This document shows, piece after piece, positions 12,350 to 22,758 of a DNA stretch of 64,000 nucleotides (position 1 is its first letter; every line of letters starts with the position of its first letter). Both the position numbers and the translations under genes were made by a program. Origin of the DNA: an uncultured delta proteobacterium (GTDB lineage Bacteria; Myxococcota_A; Polyangia; Fen-1088). The notes under the pieces were generated by a model. That model made no database searches, had not been told where the DNA came from, and worked only from the letters and a program-made list of their open reading frames with translations. The stretch is taken from positions 448,001 to 512,000 of the forward strand of contig CAWCMR010000008.1 in NCBI GenBank assembly GCA_963796685.1, given 5' to 3'.

Positions 12350-14999
12350 TCCACCCGAGCCGCTCGATATCGCAGGCCCCGGCCCACGTCACGTCGCCGC
12401 GAGCCTGTTCGAGTTCCTGCCCCTCGGCATCGTGGTGGAGGACACCAGGGGCGAGATCCTCGAGGCCAACAAGGCCGCGCAGCAGTTGCTCGGATTGGTC
12501 GTCGACAGCGACAGCAGGCCCCAGTTCCTGGACTGCGAGGGATCCCCGCTGCCCCCGGGGGAACACCCCAGCACGCGTGCGATGCGAGACCACTCCGTGC
12601 TGGCCGACGAACAGATTGGCGTGGCCGGCCCCGACGGAGCGCCCGTTTGGTTCCAGGTGACCGCCACGCCCCTGCCCGGCGTGGGCGTGGTGACGACCTA
12701 CCACGACGTCACCCAGGGCCGTCGGACCGAGGAAGACCTGCGCCACCACATCGACCAGCTCGATGCGTTCTTCGATACCAACCTGGATCTGCTTGCGATC
12801 CTCAACAGTCAAGGCCAAGCCGTCCGCCTTAACCCCGCCTGGGGCACGCTGCTCGGCTACGACCTCGAACAACTCGACGGCGCGCGTGTGCTCGACTTCA
12901 CCCACCCGAGCGACATGGAGGCCACCCTGGGCGCGCTGGCGCGCCTGCGTACGCGCAAAGAAGTGGTCGCGTTCGTCAGTCGCATGCGCCACCGCAAGGG
13001 AAGCTATCGCTTCCTCGAGTGGCGGGCCACCGCGGGCGAGGATCTGATCTACGCCACGGCCCGCGACATCACCGATCAGCGGTTGGCCGAAGCAGCCCTA
13101 CGCGAGAGCGAGATGCGATTCCGCGCCATCTTCGAACAAGCTACCGTCGGGGTCGCCGAGGCCGACGCCGAGACCGGGCGTTACCTGCGGATCAACCAGC
13201 GCTTTTGCGACATCCTGGGTTTTTCCCAGGACGAGCTGCTGTCGAGTGGTCTCGACAGCCTCGCCCATCCCAAGGATTCGCCGCACGACCTGGCGATCTT
13301 GAAAGGGTTCCAGGACCCACTGACAGACGATGCGGGATACGAAAAACGCTGCCTGCACAAGGATGGGCACACGGTCTGGATCAACTTGCAGGTCAAGGCC
13401 CTCAGCGAGCCGAACGTTCCCGCGCGCCACATCGTGGTGGTGATCGAGGACATCTCGTCACGCAAGGAGACCGACGAGCTTCTGCGCAGAAGCCTGGCCG
13501 ACGTCATCGAAACCAACCAGCGCCTGAATTTTCAGATTACGCGCATGCCGCTCGGGTACATCGCCTGGGATCTGGAGTTCCGGGTCACGGTCTGGAACAC
13601 GTCGGCCGAGCGCATCTTCGGATACCCGGCAAGCGAGGCCGTGGGGAGACACGTCTACCAGCTCGTGGTTCCGCCCGACGAGCGGGCCAAGACGACACGG
13701 TTTTGGGACTCCGTCGTCAACGACCGCGACAGCCATGCCATCTTGGACAATTGTACACGTGACGGCAGGCGCATGACCTGCGAGTGGTTCGGCGCACCGG
13801 ACGTCGATGCCAGCGGCCGGATCGTCGGCTGCCTGTCGATGGTTCACGACATCACCGAGCGACTGCGCGTCGAGGAGAAGGTGCTCCATTCGCAGCGCAT
13901 GGAAAGCCTGGGCAGCTTCGCGGGCGGTGTCGCGCACGACACGAACAACGTTCTTCGCATCATCATGGACTTGGCCGGCGCAACCCGACTCTCCACGCCG
14001 GACGCCGAAACATTGGGCAAGCGCATGGACAAGGTCCTGCAGGCGTGCGCGCGGGGCAGAACCCTGGTTCGCGGGTTGCTCGATTTCTCGCGCCAGGATC
14101 TCCCCGAAACGTCCACCCTGGACTTGAACGACATTCTCGAGGAGCAGGTGCGATTCCTCGATCGGTCGATTCCATCGAGCATCCGCGTACAGCGGGAGCT
14201 GGATGGCAAGTTGCGCCCCCTGCGCGGCGACGCCTTCACGCTCAGTGGTGCCATCATGCACCTCTTGATGAATGCCCTCGACGCCATGCCTGACGGCGGC
14301 CTTCTGACCTTGCGCACGCGCATGCAAGGGGAGTCCATCGTGCAGCTCGACGTGGAGGACACCGGGTGTGGCATGGGCAAGGAAGTCCTCGAAAAGGCCA
14401 TGGAGCCCTTCTTCACGACCAAGCCGCAAGGCAAGGGCGCCGGGCTCGGTTTGCCCGCGGTCTACGGCGCGGTCAAGGCCCACAAGGGTTCGATGGAGCT
14501 CCACAGCGAGCCCGGACGCGGCACGCAGGTCCACCTCACCCTGCCCGTCTCGCCAGAGCAGGTGGAAGCCCCGACGGTTGCGGGCGACAAGGCTGCAGGC
14601 GCGTCGGGCTTGCGCATCCTGCTCGTCGACGATGACAACCTGGTCCAGACCGCCGTGTGCGCGCAACTACGCAGGCTTGGGCACTCGGTCGTCATCGCCA
14701 ACCATGGCCAAGAGGCGCTCGACAAACTGCAAGACGGGCTTGCGCTCGACCTCGTCCTGCTCGACATCGACATGCCGGTGTTGAGCGGAGGGGAAACCTT
14801 GCCTTGCTTGCGCGCGCTCCGGCCAGCGCTTCCCGTCATCATCGAGACTGGGAACATGGGCCCGCAAGTCGAGCAACTCGCGCGCGCCTTCGCCGATGTG
14901 TCGGTGTTAGGGCGCCCCTTCAGCCTGAGCGAGCTCAAGGCGGCGCTCGAGCCGTGGGTCGAGCGATTCCGCGCCCAGGCGGGTACGGCGCAGTCCTGA
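12336..14999 (+). CDS. Multi-PAS hybrid sensor histidine kinase
   Basis: Four PAS/PAC repeats, H-box GGVAHDTNN, EPFFTTK..GKGAGLGL and a C-terminal receiver. Overlaps the upstream kinase stop. Confidence 0.92.
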
Positions 15000-15040
15000 T
15001 GGCAATCCTCGCGCACGGGTGCTGAACAGAAGAGGCGGAC

Positions 15041-15215
15041 TCTAAGGAAGCCAGGAAGCCAGGAACGGGTGGTCTGGCCGTTGGGAGGCAATGACACGCT
15101 TGATTTCGAGCGTTGGCTTGGCGAAGCTCAAGATCAAGCTCGAGGCCCACCTGCCTGTCCTGTTGGGAGTAGGACCGCCTGTTCTCTTTCTTCCTGCTTT
15201 CCTGGCTTCCTTAGA
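15041..15215. repeat. About 175-nt inverted-repeat element (rod-like hairpin)
   Basis: TCTAAGGAAGCCAGGAA at 15041 pairs with TTCCTGGCTTCCTTAGA ending at 15215. Nested stems GAACGGGTGGTCT/GGACCGCCTGTTC and GCTTGAT/ATCAAGC. Confidence 0.85.
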
Positions 15216-15384
15216 CATTATCGGTCACGGGCCTTGGGGGAGTGCGTGGCTGACCCCCGAATCAGTTTGGCCCCCCGTGCACAAGGCGCTTCACTTCTTC
15301 GCGATTCGGACGATGATCCACGGAAAGAGCTCCCCTTTTCAGGTCGATGAGGACGGTTTCGTGATGCTACCCGGAGAGAAACAG

Positions 15385-15804
15385 ATGCGAATACTCGTCG
15401 TGGAAGACGATAGGACCAGCCGTCTTCTGCTCACAAAGATGCTCGAGCCGTTTGGAAGCTGCGCCGTGGCCGTGAACGGCAAAGAGGCGGTCGAGGCGTT
15501 TCGGAACGCCCAGGAATCCGGCGAGCCTTACGCCCTTGTGTGCCTGGACATCATGATGCCCGAGATGGACGGACAGGAAGCGTTGCGGGCGATGCGGGCC
15601 GAGGAAGATGCTCGTTCGCTCCCGCCCAGTCGGGCCGCGAAGATCGTCATGACCACCGCTCTGCGCGATCTCGACAACGTCACCAATGCCTATCGCGAGC
15701 TGTGCGACGGCTACCTGGTCAAGCCTATCCTGCGCGACAAACTGGTGGCCCTGCTCAAAGAGCTCGATCTCCTCACCCTGCGCGAGGACCACCTCGCTCA
15801 TTGA
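15385..15804 (+). CDS. Single-domain response regulator (CheY-like)
   Basis: MRILVVEDD...CLDIMMPEMDG...MTTA...YLVKP. GGAGAG RBS upstream. Confidence 0.92.
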   Translation: MRILVVEDDRTSRLLLTKMLEPFGSCAVAVNGKEAVEAFRNAQESGEPYALVCLDIMMPEMDGQEALRAMRAEEDARSLPPSRAAKIVMTTALRDLDNVTNAYRELCDGYLVKPILRDKLVALLKELDLLTLREDHLAH

Positions 15805-16000
15805 GGAAATGACGGCGATCCTGCTTGCCGCCCACATGTAACGGTATCAGGGAGCATGTGGGCGCCATCCCACGCCAACCGCATCCACCTCAATGCATAT
15901 GCCCGGTTGCGCACATAAATTGCTATACTTTTCACTTGGGACAGGCGCGCCGGTGGACAACAGCTCCAAGCGCCTTCTCTCCACCGCGAGGCACAGCTCG

Positions 16001-19000
16001 ATGCCCAATGACCTTACCGCAACCTCAAGACCGCAGAGATATCTCTTGCGCCAATTCACGCGAACATGCTTCGCCGCACTCTCGATGGTCGCAGGGGTCG
16101 CCTGCACCAACGGGACCATCGAGAGTGGAGGCGAGGGAACCGGCAGCACCAGAGCGGGGGGCGCGGGCGGCGGCGGTGGCGGCGGTACCGGTGGTGTCGT
16201 CATCAGCACCTCCGCGGTTGGGTCCACCGGAGGGACCGCCGGATCCTCGGGTATCTGCAACAGCACCAACACCTCGGGCTGTGTCGTGAAGATGCCGGAG
16301 GGCTGCGGCGACGGCATCAACAACCAAAACGGCATCGAGCAGTGCGATGACGGCAATGTGCTGCCCGGCGACGGTTGCAACGGCATCTGCAAAAGCGAGC
16401 CCAATTGGACCTGTCCTCCAGCGGGCAAATGCACGCGCGACATCATCTGTGGCGACGGCGCCATCGGCGCCGGCGAGGTGTGCGACGACGGCAACACCCT
16501 CGACAACGATGGCTGCAATTCCACCTGCACGGTCCAAGACCCGGCCTTCCAGTGCACTGCCGGGCAGCCCTGCGTTCGCACCTCCCAGTGTGGCAACAAG
16601 CGCATCGAAGCCGGGGAGGTTTGTGACGACGGCAATAGCGAAAGCGGGGATGGCTGTAGCGCCGGTTGCCAGCTCGAAGGCGGCTTCGTCTGTCCGACAC
16701 CCGGCTCGCCTTGCAAGCCGGCACCACGGTGCGGTGACGGCGTCGTCCAGTCGTCCAACGGCGAGGCGTGTGACGATGGAAACCAGAAAGACGGCGACGG
16801 TTGCTCGGCCGACTGCAAGAACAAGAGCGCGGGCTGCGTTTGCATCCCCGGACAATTGTGCACGTGCCCGGTCGTCAAGTGCGGCAACGGCACGCTGGAA
16901 GGCAACGAGGCGTGCGACGACGGCAACACGAAGCCGGGCGACGGGTGCTCCGGTACCTGCACCGTCGAGACGGGATATGCCTGCCCCTTCACGAACGCCC
17001 CGTGCGTGTCCGACTGTGGCGACGGCATCGTTTTGAGTCCGTTCGAACAATGCGATCCGGCCGCGCCCGGCACCAACATGGACAAGGCCTGCTCGAGCAC
17101 CTGCAAGTTCAACGACGGCTGGGCCTGCGTCGGCAATCCGCCGAGCTGCCACCAAACCAAGTGCGGCGACGGCAAGGTCGAGGGCTCGGAAGGCTGCGAC
17201 GACGGCAACACCCTTCCCAACGACGGATGCTCGCCCACCTGCCACTTCGAGCCGAACTGCAGCACCACCACCGGACAGTGCACCTCGAAGTGTGGCGACG
17301 GCCTCGTGGTCAACGAGGACTGCGACGACGGCAACACCAACGACGGCGACGGCTGCTCGCACGACTGCAAGGTCGAGCCCGGCTATCAGTGTACCCAGGC
17401 CACCAACACCGCCGACACCATGACCGTGCCCGCCACCTTCAGGGACTTTCTCCTGGGCGGAGACTTTCACAAGGACGACATCACCGGCAGCAACAATGCC
17501 ACCACCGGCCTGGTCAAGAGCACCTTGGACAGCGAGGGCAAGCCCCATTTCGCCGGTGCGCCGGGCGATGGTCACATCGCCAGTGCGGACACCTTCAAGC
17601 AATGGTACCGCGACATCACCGGGACCAACACCACCTTTGTCTCGACGATCCTGTTGCATAACAACGGCAACGGTGGCTTCGTCAATTGGTGGAAGGACGA
17701 CCAACAATGGTCGAGCTACTCCGATGTGCGCTGGTGCTCGGACGGTACGTGCAGCAACTGCAACGCGCCGGCCTATGTCGATGATGGCACCATGAAGTGC
17801 TTTGCTCTGTGCACACCTTGGGGCACCGACAACACCAACCCGTGCGTGGCGAACGTCGCACTGGTTCCCGGAAATCCTCTATTCTTCCCGGTCGACAACC
17901 TCGCCGGAATGATCACACCGACCGCCGACTACGTGGCGGCCAAGACCCCACCCATGTACAGTGGCAACTGGCTCGACGAGCCGGGAACGCCGAAGCACAA
18001 CTTCAGCTTCACCAGCGAGGTCCGCTACTGGTTCAGTTATCTTTCCACGGGAAAGTACACCCTGGATTTCACCGGCGACGACGACGTCTGGGTGTTCGTC
18101 AATCGGCAATTGGTCGTCGACCTGGGTGGCATCCACACGCCGGTCGAAGGAAACCTGGTTTTGAACGCCAACGGCAACGCCTCGGTTACGATCACGCCGA
18201 CGGAAGGCAGCGCCTGCACCACCCCGGGCGTGATTTCGACGTGCAAATCCGTGACCAGCACGGTGAACCTGGGGCTCAAGACCAACAACGTCTACGAAAT
18301 CGCCGTCTTCCAGGCTGAAAGGGCCTGGTACGGCTCGACCTACAAGCTCACGCTCAGCGGCTTCAACGACAAAGCCAGCTCGTGTGGCCCCATCTGCGGC
18401 GACGGCGTGGTGGCGCCCGGCGAGCAATGCGACAACGGCAGCGACCAGAATCTGGGTGGCTACAATCGGTGCACCCCGGACTGCAAGCTAGGCCCCTACT
18501 GCGGCGACGCACAGGTGACGGACTCGGAAGAGTGCGACAACGGCAAGAACACCGATGACTATGGATCGGCCTCCGGCTGTGGCCCCGACTGCAAGGTTCC
18601 GGCCCGCTGCGGCGACGGGAAGATTCAGACCGCCTACGACGAGGAATGCGACGACGGCGACGCGAACTTGGACGGCACGGATCCGAACGTGGCCTATGGC
18701 GGGTGCATGTCGAACTGCAAACGTGGAGGGCGTTGCGGCGACGGGCAGCTCAACGGCAGCGAGACCTGCGATGACGGTGCCAACGACGGTACCTACGGCA
18801 CCTGCAATCCCGACTGCACGGCCGCCCCGCGATGCGGCGACGGCGTGGTTCAGGCCGACTACGGCGAGGAGTGTGAGCCCACCATGTCGGATGACCCGAG
18901 CTGTACCAATGCGTGCCGCAAACCCGGAGGATGCGGCGACGGCAAAATCGAGGCGCCCGAGCAATGCGACGACGGATCGCTCGCCAACAATGGAGACTAC

Positions 19001-19252
19001 GGCGCGTGCGCGCCAAGTTGCATCTACGCCCCCCACTGCGGTGATGGGATCATGCAGGCGGCCTACGAGGAATGCGACGACGGCATCCTGGATAGCTCGT
19101 ACGGCGGCTGCACACCTCAGTGCAAACAAGCTCCTCACTGCGGCGATGGAAACTTGCAGCCCGACCACGAAGAATGCGACCACGGGACCGACAACGGCGT
19201 CGACGGCCTGTGCACCACCGGGTGCAAGTTGATCATCTACGCGCCACCGTAG
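16001..19252 (+). CDS. Myxococcal Cys-rich repeat (DUF4215) plus fibro-slime (PA14-like) domain surface lipoprotein
   Basis: Lipobox-like GVAC and Gly linker, repeated CG(D/N)G...E.CDDGN units, central HNFSFTSEVRYWF and FTGDDDVWVFVN..LVVDLGGIH. Start uncertain. Confidence 0.92.
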   Translation: MPNDLTATSRPQRYLLRQFTRTCFAALSMVAGVACTNGTIESGGEGTGSTRAGGAGGGGGGGTGGVVISTSAVGSTGGTAGSSGICNSTNTSGCVVKMPEGCGDGINNQNGIEQCDDGNVLPGDGCNGICKSEPNWTCPPAGKCTRDIICGDGAIGAGEVCDDGNTLDNDGCNSTCTVQDPAFQCTAGQPCVRTSQCGNKRIEAGEVCDDGNSESGDGCSAGCQLEGGFVCPTPGSPCKPAPRCGDGVVQSSNGEACDDGNQKDGDGCSADCKNKSAGCVCIPGQLCTCPVVKCGNGTLEGNEACDDGNTKPGDGCSGTCTVETGYACPFTNAPCVSDCGDGIVLSPFEQCDPAAPGTNMDKACSSTCKFNDGWACVGNPPSCHQTKCGDGKVEGSEGCDDGNTLPNDGCSPTCHFEPNCSTTTGQCTSKCGDGLVVNEDCDDGNTNDGDGCSHDCKVEPGYQCTQATNTADTMTVPATFRDFLLGGDFHKDDITGSNNATTGLVKSTLDSEGKPHFAGAPGDGHIASADTFKQWYRDITGTNTTFVSTILLHNNGNGGFVNWWKDDQQWSSYSDVRWCSDGTCSNCNAPAYVDDGTMKCFALCTPWGTDNTNPCVANVALVPGNPLFFPVDNLAGMITPTADYVAAKTPPMYSGNWLDEPGTPKHNFSFTSEVRYWFSYLSTGKYTLDFTGDDDVWVFVNRQLVVDLGGIHTPVEGNLVLNANGNASVTITPTEGSACTTPGVISTCKSVTSTVNLGLKTNNVYEIAVFQAERAWYGSTYKLTLSGFNDKASSCGPICGDGVVAPGEQCDNGSDQNLGGYNRCTPDCKLGPYCGDAQVTDSEECDNGKNTDDYGSASGCGPDCKVPARCGDGKIQTAYDEECDDGDANLDGTDPNVAYGGCMSNCKRGGRCGDGQLNGSETCDDGANDGTYGTCNPDCTAAPRCGDGVVQADYGEECEPTMSDDPSCTNACRKPGGCGDGKIEAPEQCDDGSLANNGDYGACAPSCIYAPHCGDGIMQAAYEECDDGILDSSYGGCTPQCKQAPHCGDGNLQPDHEECDHGTDNGVDGLCTTGCKLIIYAPP

Positions 19253-19383
19253 GCGCTGGGCGCGCTCAAGGCCCGCGGGCCGCGCGCGTGCGCAGCGAGG
19301 GACCGACGCAGCTCCGATACCTGTCAGCTTGCGACGCGTCGAAAGCTTCAGACCCGCTCACGGACGAAACCACGACACGAAAA

Positions 19384-19446
19384 TCGTGGCGTCCGAAAGG
19401 CCATTGCCTCGTGTCTCGCGACCTTGGCATGGCCTTTCGGACACGA
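19384..19446. terminator. Strong hairpin between convergent genes (probable terminator)
   Basis: GTCCGAAAGGCCA (19391-19403) pairs with TGGCCTTTCGGAC (19430-19442), extended by TCGTG/CACGA. Lies directly after the csp stop. Confidence 0.7.
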
Positions 19447-19451
19447 CAGGG

Positions 19452-19646
19452 CTAGACGACCTTCACGCCGCTGGCCTGGGGCCCCTTCTTTCCTTCGACA
19501 ACGTCGAATTCGACCTTGGACCCCTCCTGAATCACCGAGCCGCCGAGATCATTGGCGTGGACGAAAACGTCCTTGCCGCCACTGTCCGGCGTGATGAATC
19601 CAAAACCCTTTGCCGTGTTGAAGAACTTGACCGTACCTTTTTGCAT
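19452..19646 (-). CDS. Cold-shock protein (CspA family)
   Basis: GTVKFFN.AKGFGFI (RNP1), DVFVH (RNP2) and KGPQA. Confidence 0.97.
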   Translation of the reverse strand: MQKGTVKFFNTAKGFGFITPDSGGKDVFVHANDLGGSVIQEGSKVEFDVVEGKKGPQASGVKVV

Positions 19647-19818
19647 TTACCTTTTCCCTTACTCGCCTCCCACCGTGGGAGGCATCGTGCCGCAAAAATC
19701 CGGACCGAAGGCCCGGGCGGCGAGCAAGTGTACACGGCAAATCGTCCGAACAAGGGATTTTTGACGAAATCTTATGGCGCACGATGACATAACCGGCCGC
19801 GCAAGGTGCGAACCGCGT

Positions 19819-20787
19819 TCAAGTCCGCGGCGGAACGAGCGCCGCGGCGGGTACCAGCTGGGGCGCCTTCTTACCCGTGGGCCGATGACGAAGGAAGTAC
19901 AGGCCCGCCTGGGCACCGAACTTCGCGCGCTTGAGCAACGGCAGCCCCTCCAGGCCGGGCCAGAACAGGTTGCAGGTGTCGCAGGGGTGGATTTCATTGC
20001 GCCTGCCGCTCCAGTGCATCTCACGATACTTGGCCGCGACGGAGCCACGGTAGACTTCCAAGATCGGCTGCTTGTTGACGTCACCCCAGCTGTATTCGCC
20101 GTCCTGATCCATGCAACAAAGGGTGACCGTGCCGTTCGAGAGGATATCCAGCCGATCCATGTGCTCGCAGGGATAGTTCGGTATGGGTAGGTTGCTCTGG
20201 ATGTCGCCCTTGTAGTTGAACAGGCCGGAGATGAAGGGCTTGACGTCCAGCTCTCTGCATAGAGCGAGGAATTTCTCCTGTTCCTCCAGCGACGTATCCG
20301 ACACGCGAACCATGCGCACCGTGATCTGGCGCGCCAGGCGATGGCGCCGAATGGGATCGGTTGCGTAGCGCAGGTTGTTCAAGGTGCGCTCGAGACTGAG
20401 GCCCATCACCGCCTTGTAGCGCACCGGGTCAGTGGTGTTCAGGCTGATGAAGAGGTGATCGATGCCGAAGTCGGTCATGGCATCAACACGCTCCGGCAGC
20501 ATGCCGAAGCCGTTGGTGTACAAACGCAGCTTGGTCTTGGGCAGCCGCTGGTGAATCATCTCGAGGCGTGGAAGAATCTTGGGGTCGGAAAAAGGATCGC
20601 CCTGCAGAAAGGGCTCTATGGCCGGCAGAGGAAACTCGCGGCACTGCTCGATGATGCTTTCGAACAGCTCGTCGGTCATGTGCCTCTTGCCGCGCTTGAG
20701 CGTGTCGTTCGGACAAAAAACGCACTTGGCGCTGCAGAAGCTGGTGGTTTCGACGGCAACGAGCCGGGGAAATTGCGCAGGATTCAT
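19819..20787 (-). CDS. Radical SAM protein with SPASM/twitch domain
   Basis: CSAKCVFC, GDP and YTNG motifs. C-terminal PC...GTVTLCCMD...PCDTCN. Confidence 0.9.
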   Translation of the reverse strand: MNPAQFPRLVAVETTSFCSAKCVFCPNDTLKRGKRHMTDELFESIIEQCREFPLPAIEPFLQGDPFSDPKILPRLEMIHQRLPKTKLRLYTNGFGMLPERVDAMTDFGIDHLFISLNTTDPVRYKAVMGLSLERTLNNLRYATDPIRRHRLARQITVRMVRVSDTSLEEQEKFLALCRELDVKPFISGLFNYKGDIQSNLPIPNYPCEHMDRLDILSNGTVTLCCMDQDGEYSWGDVNKQPILEVYRGSVAAKYREMHWSGRRNEIHPCDTCNLFWPGLEGLPLLKRAKFGAQAGLYFLRHRPTGKKAPQLVPAAALVPPRT

Positions 20788-20947
20788 CGGTGTACTTGGA
20801 TGCTGGCTGGCCCAAATGGATTCGGCGCCACGGCTTGCCGCAGGCGGACAGGCCCGATCTCGGCGGTGGACACCCGGCAGCCGTGCCAAGCGCCAAGGTC
20901 GGAGCCTCGTGCGTGCACCCTCGCGGATCCCTAATCCCACGACAAGC

Positions 20948-21147
20948 GCAGTCGCGGAAGGCGGCAGAAAGAGACACCTTTCCACGATGGATGCTCGCAC
21001 CCAATCGGAACGGCGAGTGGTGGTCGTAGGTCGTAGTCGTCCCCGTGGCCGTAGGCGTCTTCGCCGTCGTGGCCGACGAAGATCACTCCGGCCACGGCCA
21101 CGGCCACGACCACGGCCACGACCTCCCGCGCCTATCGCGGGATTATG
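20948..21147 (-). repeat. Dispersed ~200-bp intergenic repeat, copy A (contains a (GTGGCC)n tract)
   Basis: Reverse complement aligns with 61501-61690 in blocks CGGCCACGACGGCGARGACGCCTAYGGCCACGG and CCGATTGGGTGCGWGCRTCCMTCGTGGAAAGGTGTC. Its 5' end matches 28203-28242. Confidence 0.88.
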
Positions 21148-21229
21148 GAGGATCCCGCAGCTTGCCCCAAAATCCCTGCAGTGCTAAGAAACGGCGCGAA
21201 GGAAGCATTTTTCATCAAAGGAGATTCTC

Positions 21230-22717
21230 ATGCAATTGCAGCGAGAACTTCCGCTGATGGGACGGGTCTCCCTGGGAGCCAAGAACGCCATCTTGTCGAG
21301 CCTGCTGCGCGCGTCCGCCCATCTGCCGGAAGGTTTTCTGGTCAAGACCGTAAGAGGAATCGCGGGAACCAACGACTTCCCCATGGGGCAGAAGTTCTTG
21401 GAAAAGGCCCTGGTGTCGATGAAGCGGGCCATCTCGCGTTCCAACCCAAGGTGTCGCCGCAAGCTCATCGAGAACTTCGTCCTCGGCGAAATGGTGCGCG
21501 GACAAGCCAAGCGAAATTGGGTGACGGAACAGCTTGGCTACGAGATCCCGCTGCTCCTGGTGATCTCGCCCACCATGCGCTGTCCGCTCCGCTGCTATGG
21601 CTGCTATGCCGCCGAATACGGACAGGACTCCGATCTCGACTTCGAGTCCTTCGATCGCCTGATCGGCGAAGCCAAAGCCCTGGGAATCTACTTCTTCGTG
21701 ATCTCGGGCGGCGAGCCCTTCGCGTACAAGCGCATTGAGGAGATCTTTCGCAAACACGACGATGCCTGGTTTCAGGTCTACACATCGGGCGTGACCTTGA
21801 GCCAGACCGGCGTGGGGCGGCTCGCCGACCTCGGCAATGTCATGCCCTGCCTCAGCGTGGAAGGGTTCGAGGCCGAGACCGATCGCCGACGCGGGGCCGG
21901 GCATTTCGCCAAACTGCTGTCGGCTTTTGCCAATTTGCGCGCTGCCGGCGTTCCCTTCGGCTTCTCCGCGACCGCCACGCGCGAGAACAACGACCTGGTC
22001 GTCAGTGACGATTTCGCCCGCTTCTATCTCGAACAGGGCGCGTTGCTCGGTTGGTACTTCCAGTACATGCCCATCGGACGCGAACCGGCCCTCGCTCTCA
22101 TGCCGACGCCCGAACAGCGACTGCGACGCTTTCATCGCCTGCTCGAGCTGCGCGAGAAATTCGACGTTCTGCTCACGGATTTCTGGAACGACGGCCCCCT
22201 GGTGGGCGGCTGCATCGCCGGCTCGCGGCGCTATGTGCACGTGAACAACAAGGGAGACGTCGAGCCGTGCGTGTTCTGCCAGCTCACCACCGACAACATC
22301 CACGACAAGAGCCTGCTCGACATTCTACAGACCTCGCCCTTGCTCGCGGCGATTCGCAAGCGGCAGCCCTACAGCGACAACTACCTGCGCCCCTGCATGA
22401 TGCTCGACAATCCGCAGACCCTCAAGGAGGTCATCGACGAGGCCAACCCGCGGGAGACCTGCCGCGGAGGAGCCCGGCGGCTGGTGAACGATCTCTACCC
22501 CCACCTGCAGGCCTACGCGACGCGCTGGGGCGAGCTGGCAGACAAGGAGTGGAGGGAGCGCTACCAAGACGACTACCGCGAGGTCCTCGCCAAGGCGCAT
22601 GCCTTGAGCGAAAACTTCGCGCGCTGTCAGCAAGCCTGCCGCGAGGAAGAGGCCGCCAAGCGCGAGCATGCGAGCGGCATCGGGCGCGGCTGCGACAAGC
22701 TGTCGGCGACGATGTAG
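21230..22717 (+). CDS. Radical SAM/SPASM-type protein of unknown function
   Basis: CPLRCYGC, SGGEP, GGCIAG..YVHVNNKGDVEPCVF and NYLRPCMMLDNP. AGGAG RBS. Confidence 0.92.
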   Translation: MQLQRELPLMGRVSLGAKNAILSSLLRASAHLPEGFLVKTVRGIAGTNDFPMGQKFLEKALVSMKRAISRSNPRCRRKLIENFVLGEMVRGQAKRNWVTEQLGYEIPLLLVISPTMRCPLRCYGCYAAEYGQDSDLDFESFDRLIGEAKALGIYFFVISGGEPFAYKRIEEIFRKHDDAWFQVYTSGVTLSQTGVGRLADLGNVMPCLSVEGFEAETDRRRGAGHFAKLLSAFANLRAAGVPFGFSATATRENNDLVVSDDFARFYLEQGALLGWYFQYMPIGREPALALMPTPEQRLRRFHRLLELREKFDVLLTDFWNDGPLVGGCIAGSRRYVHVNNKGDVEPCVFCQLTTDNIHDKSLLDILQTSPLLAAIRKRQPYSDNYLRPCMMLDNPQTLKEVIDEANPRETCRGGARRLVNDLYPHLQAYATRWGELADKEWRERYQDDYREVLAKAHALSENFARCQQACREEEAAKREHASGIGRGCDKLSATM

Positions 22718-22758
22718 CTTGTCGACGTGGAGCGCGCGTCTTCTCGAAGCGTGGCCAG

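Noticed and set aside
15837-15865. TGTAACGG upstream of the fibro-slime gene as a fourth ECF site
   Set aside because: No GCATC at the 16-nt spacing; only the -35-like half matches.
19819-22717. Radical SAM genes as RiPP maturases or anaerobic sulfatase maturase
   Set aside because: No precursor peptide or RRE domain is nearby, and the Cys patterns do not match the anSME double-cluster SPASM arrangement.
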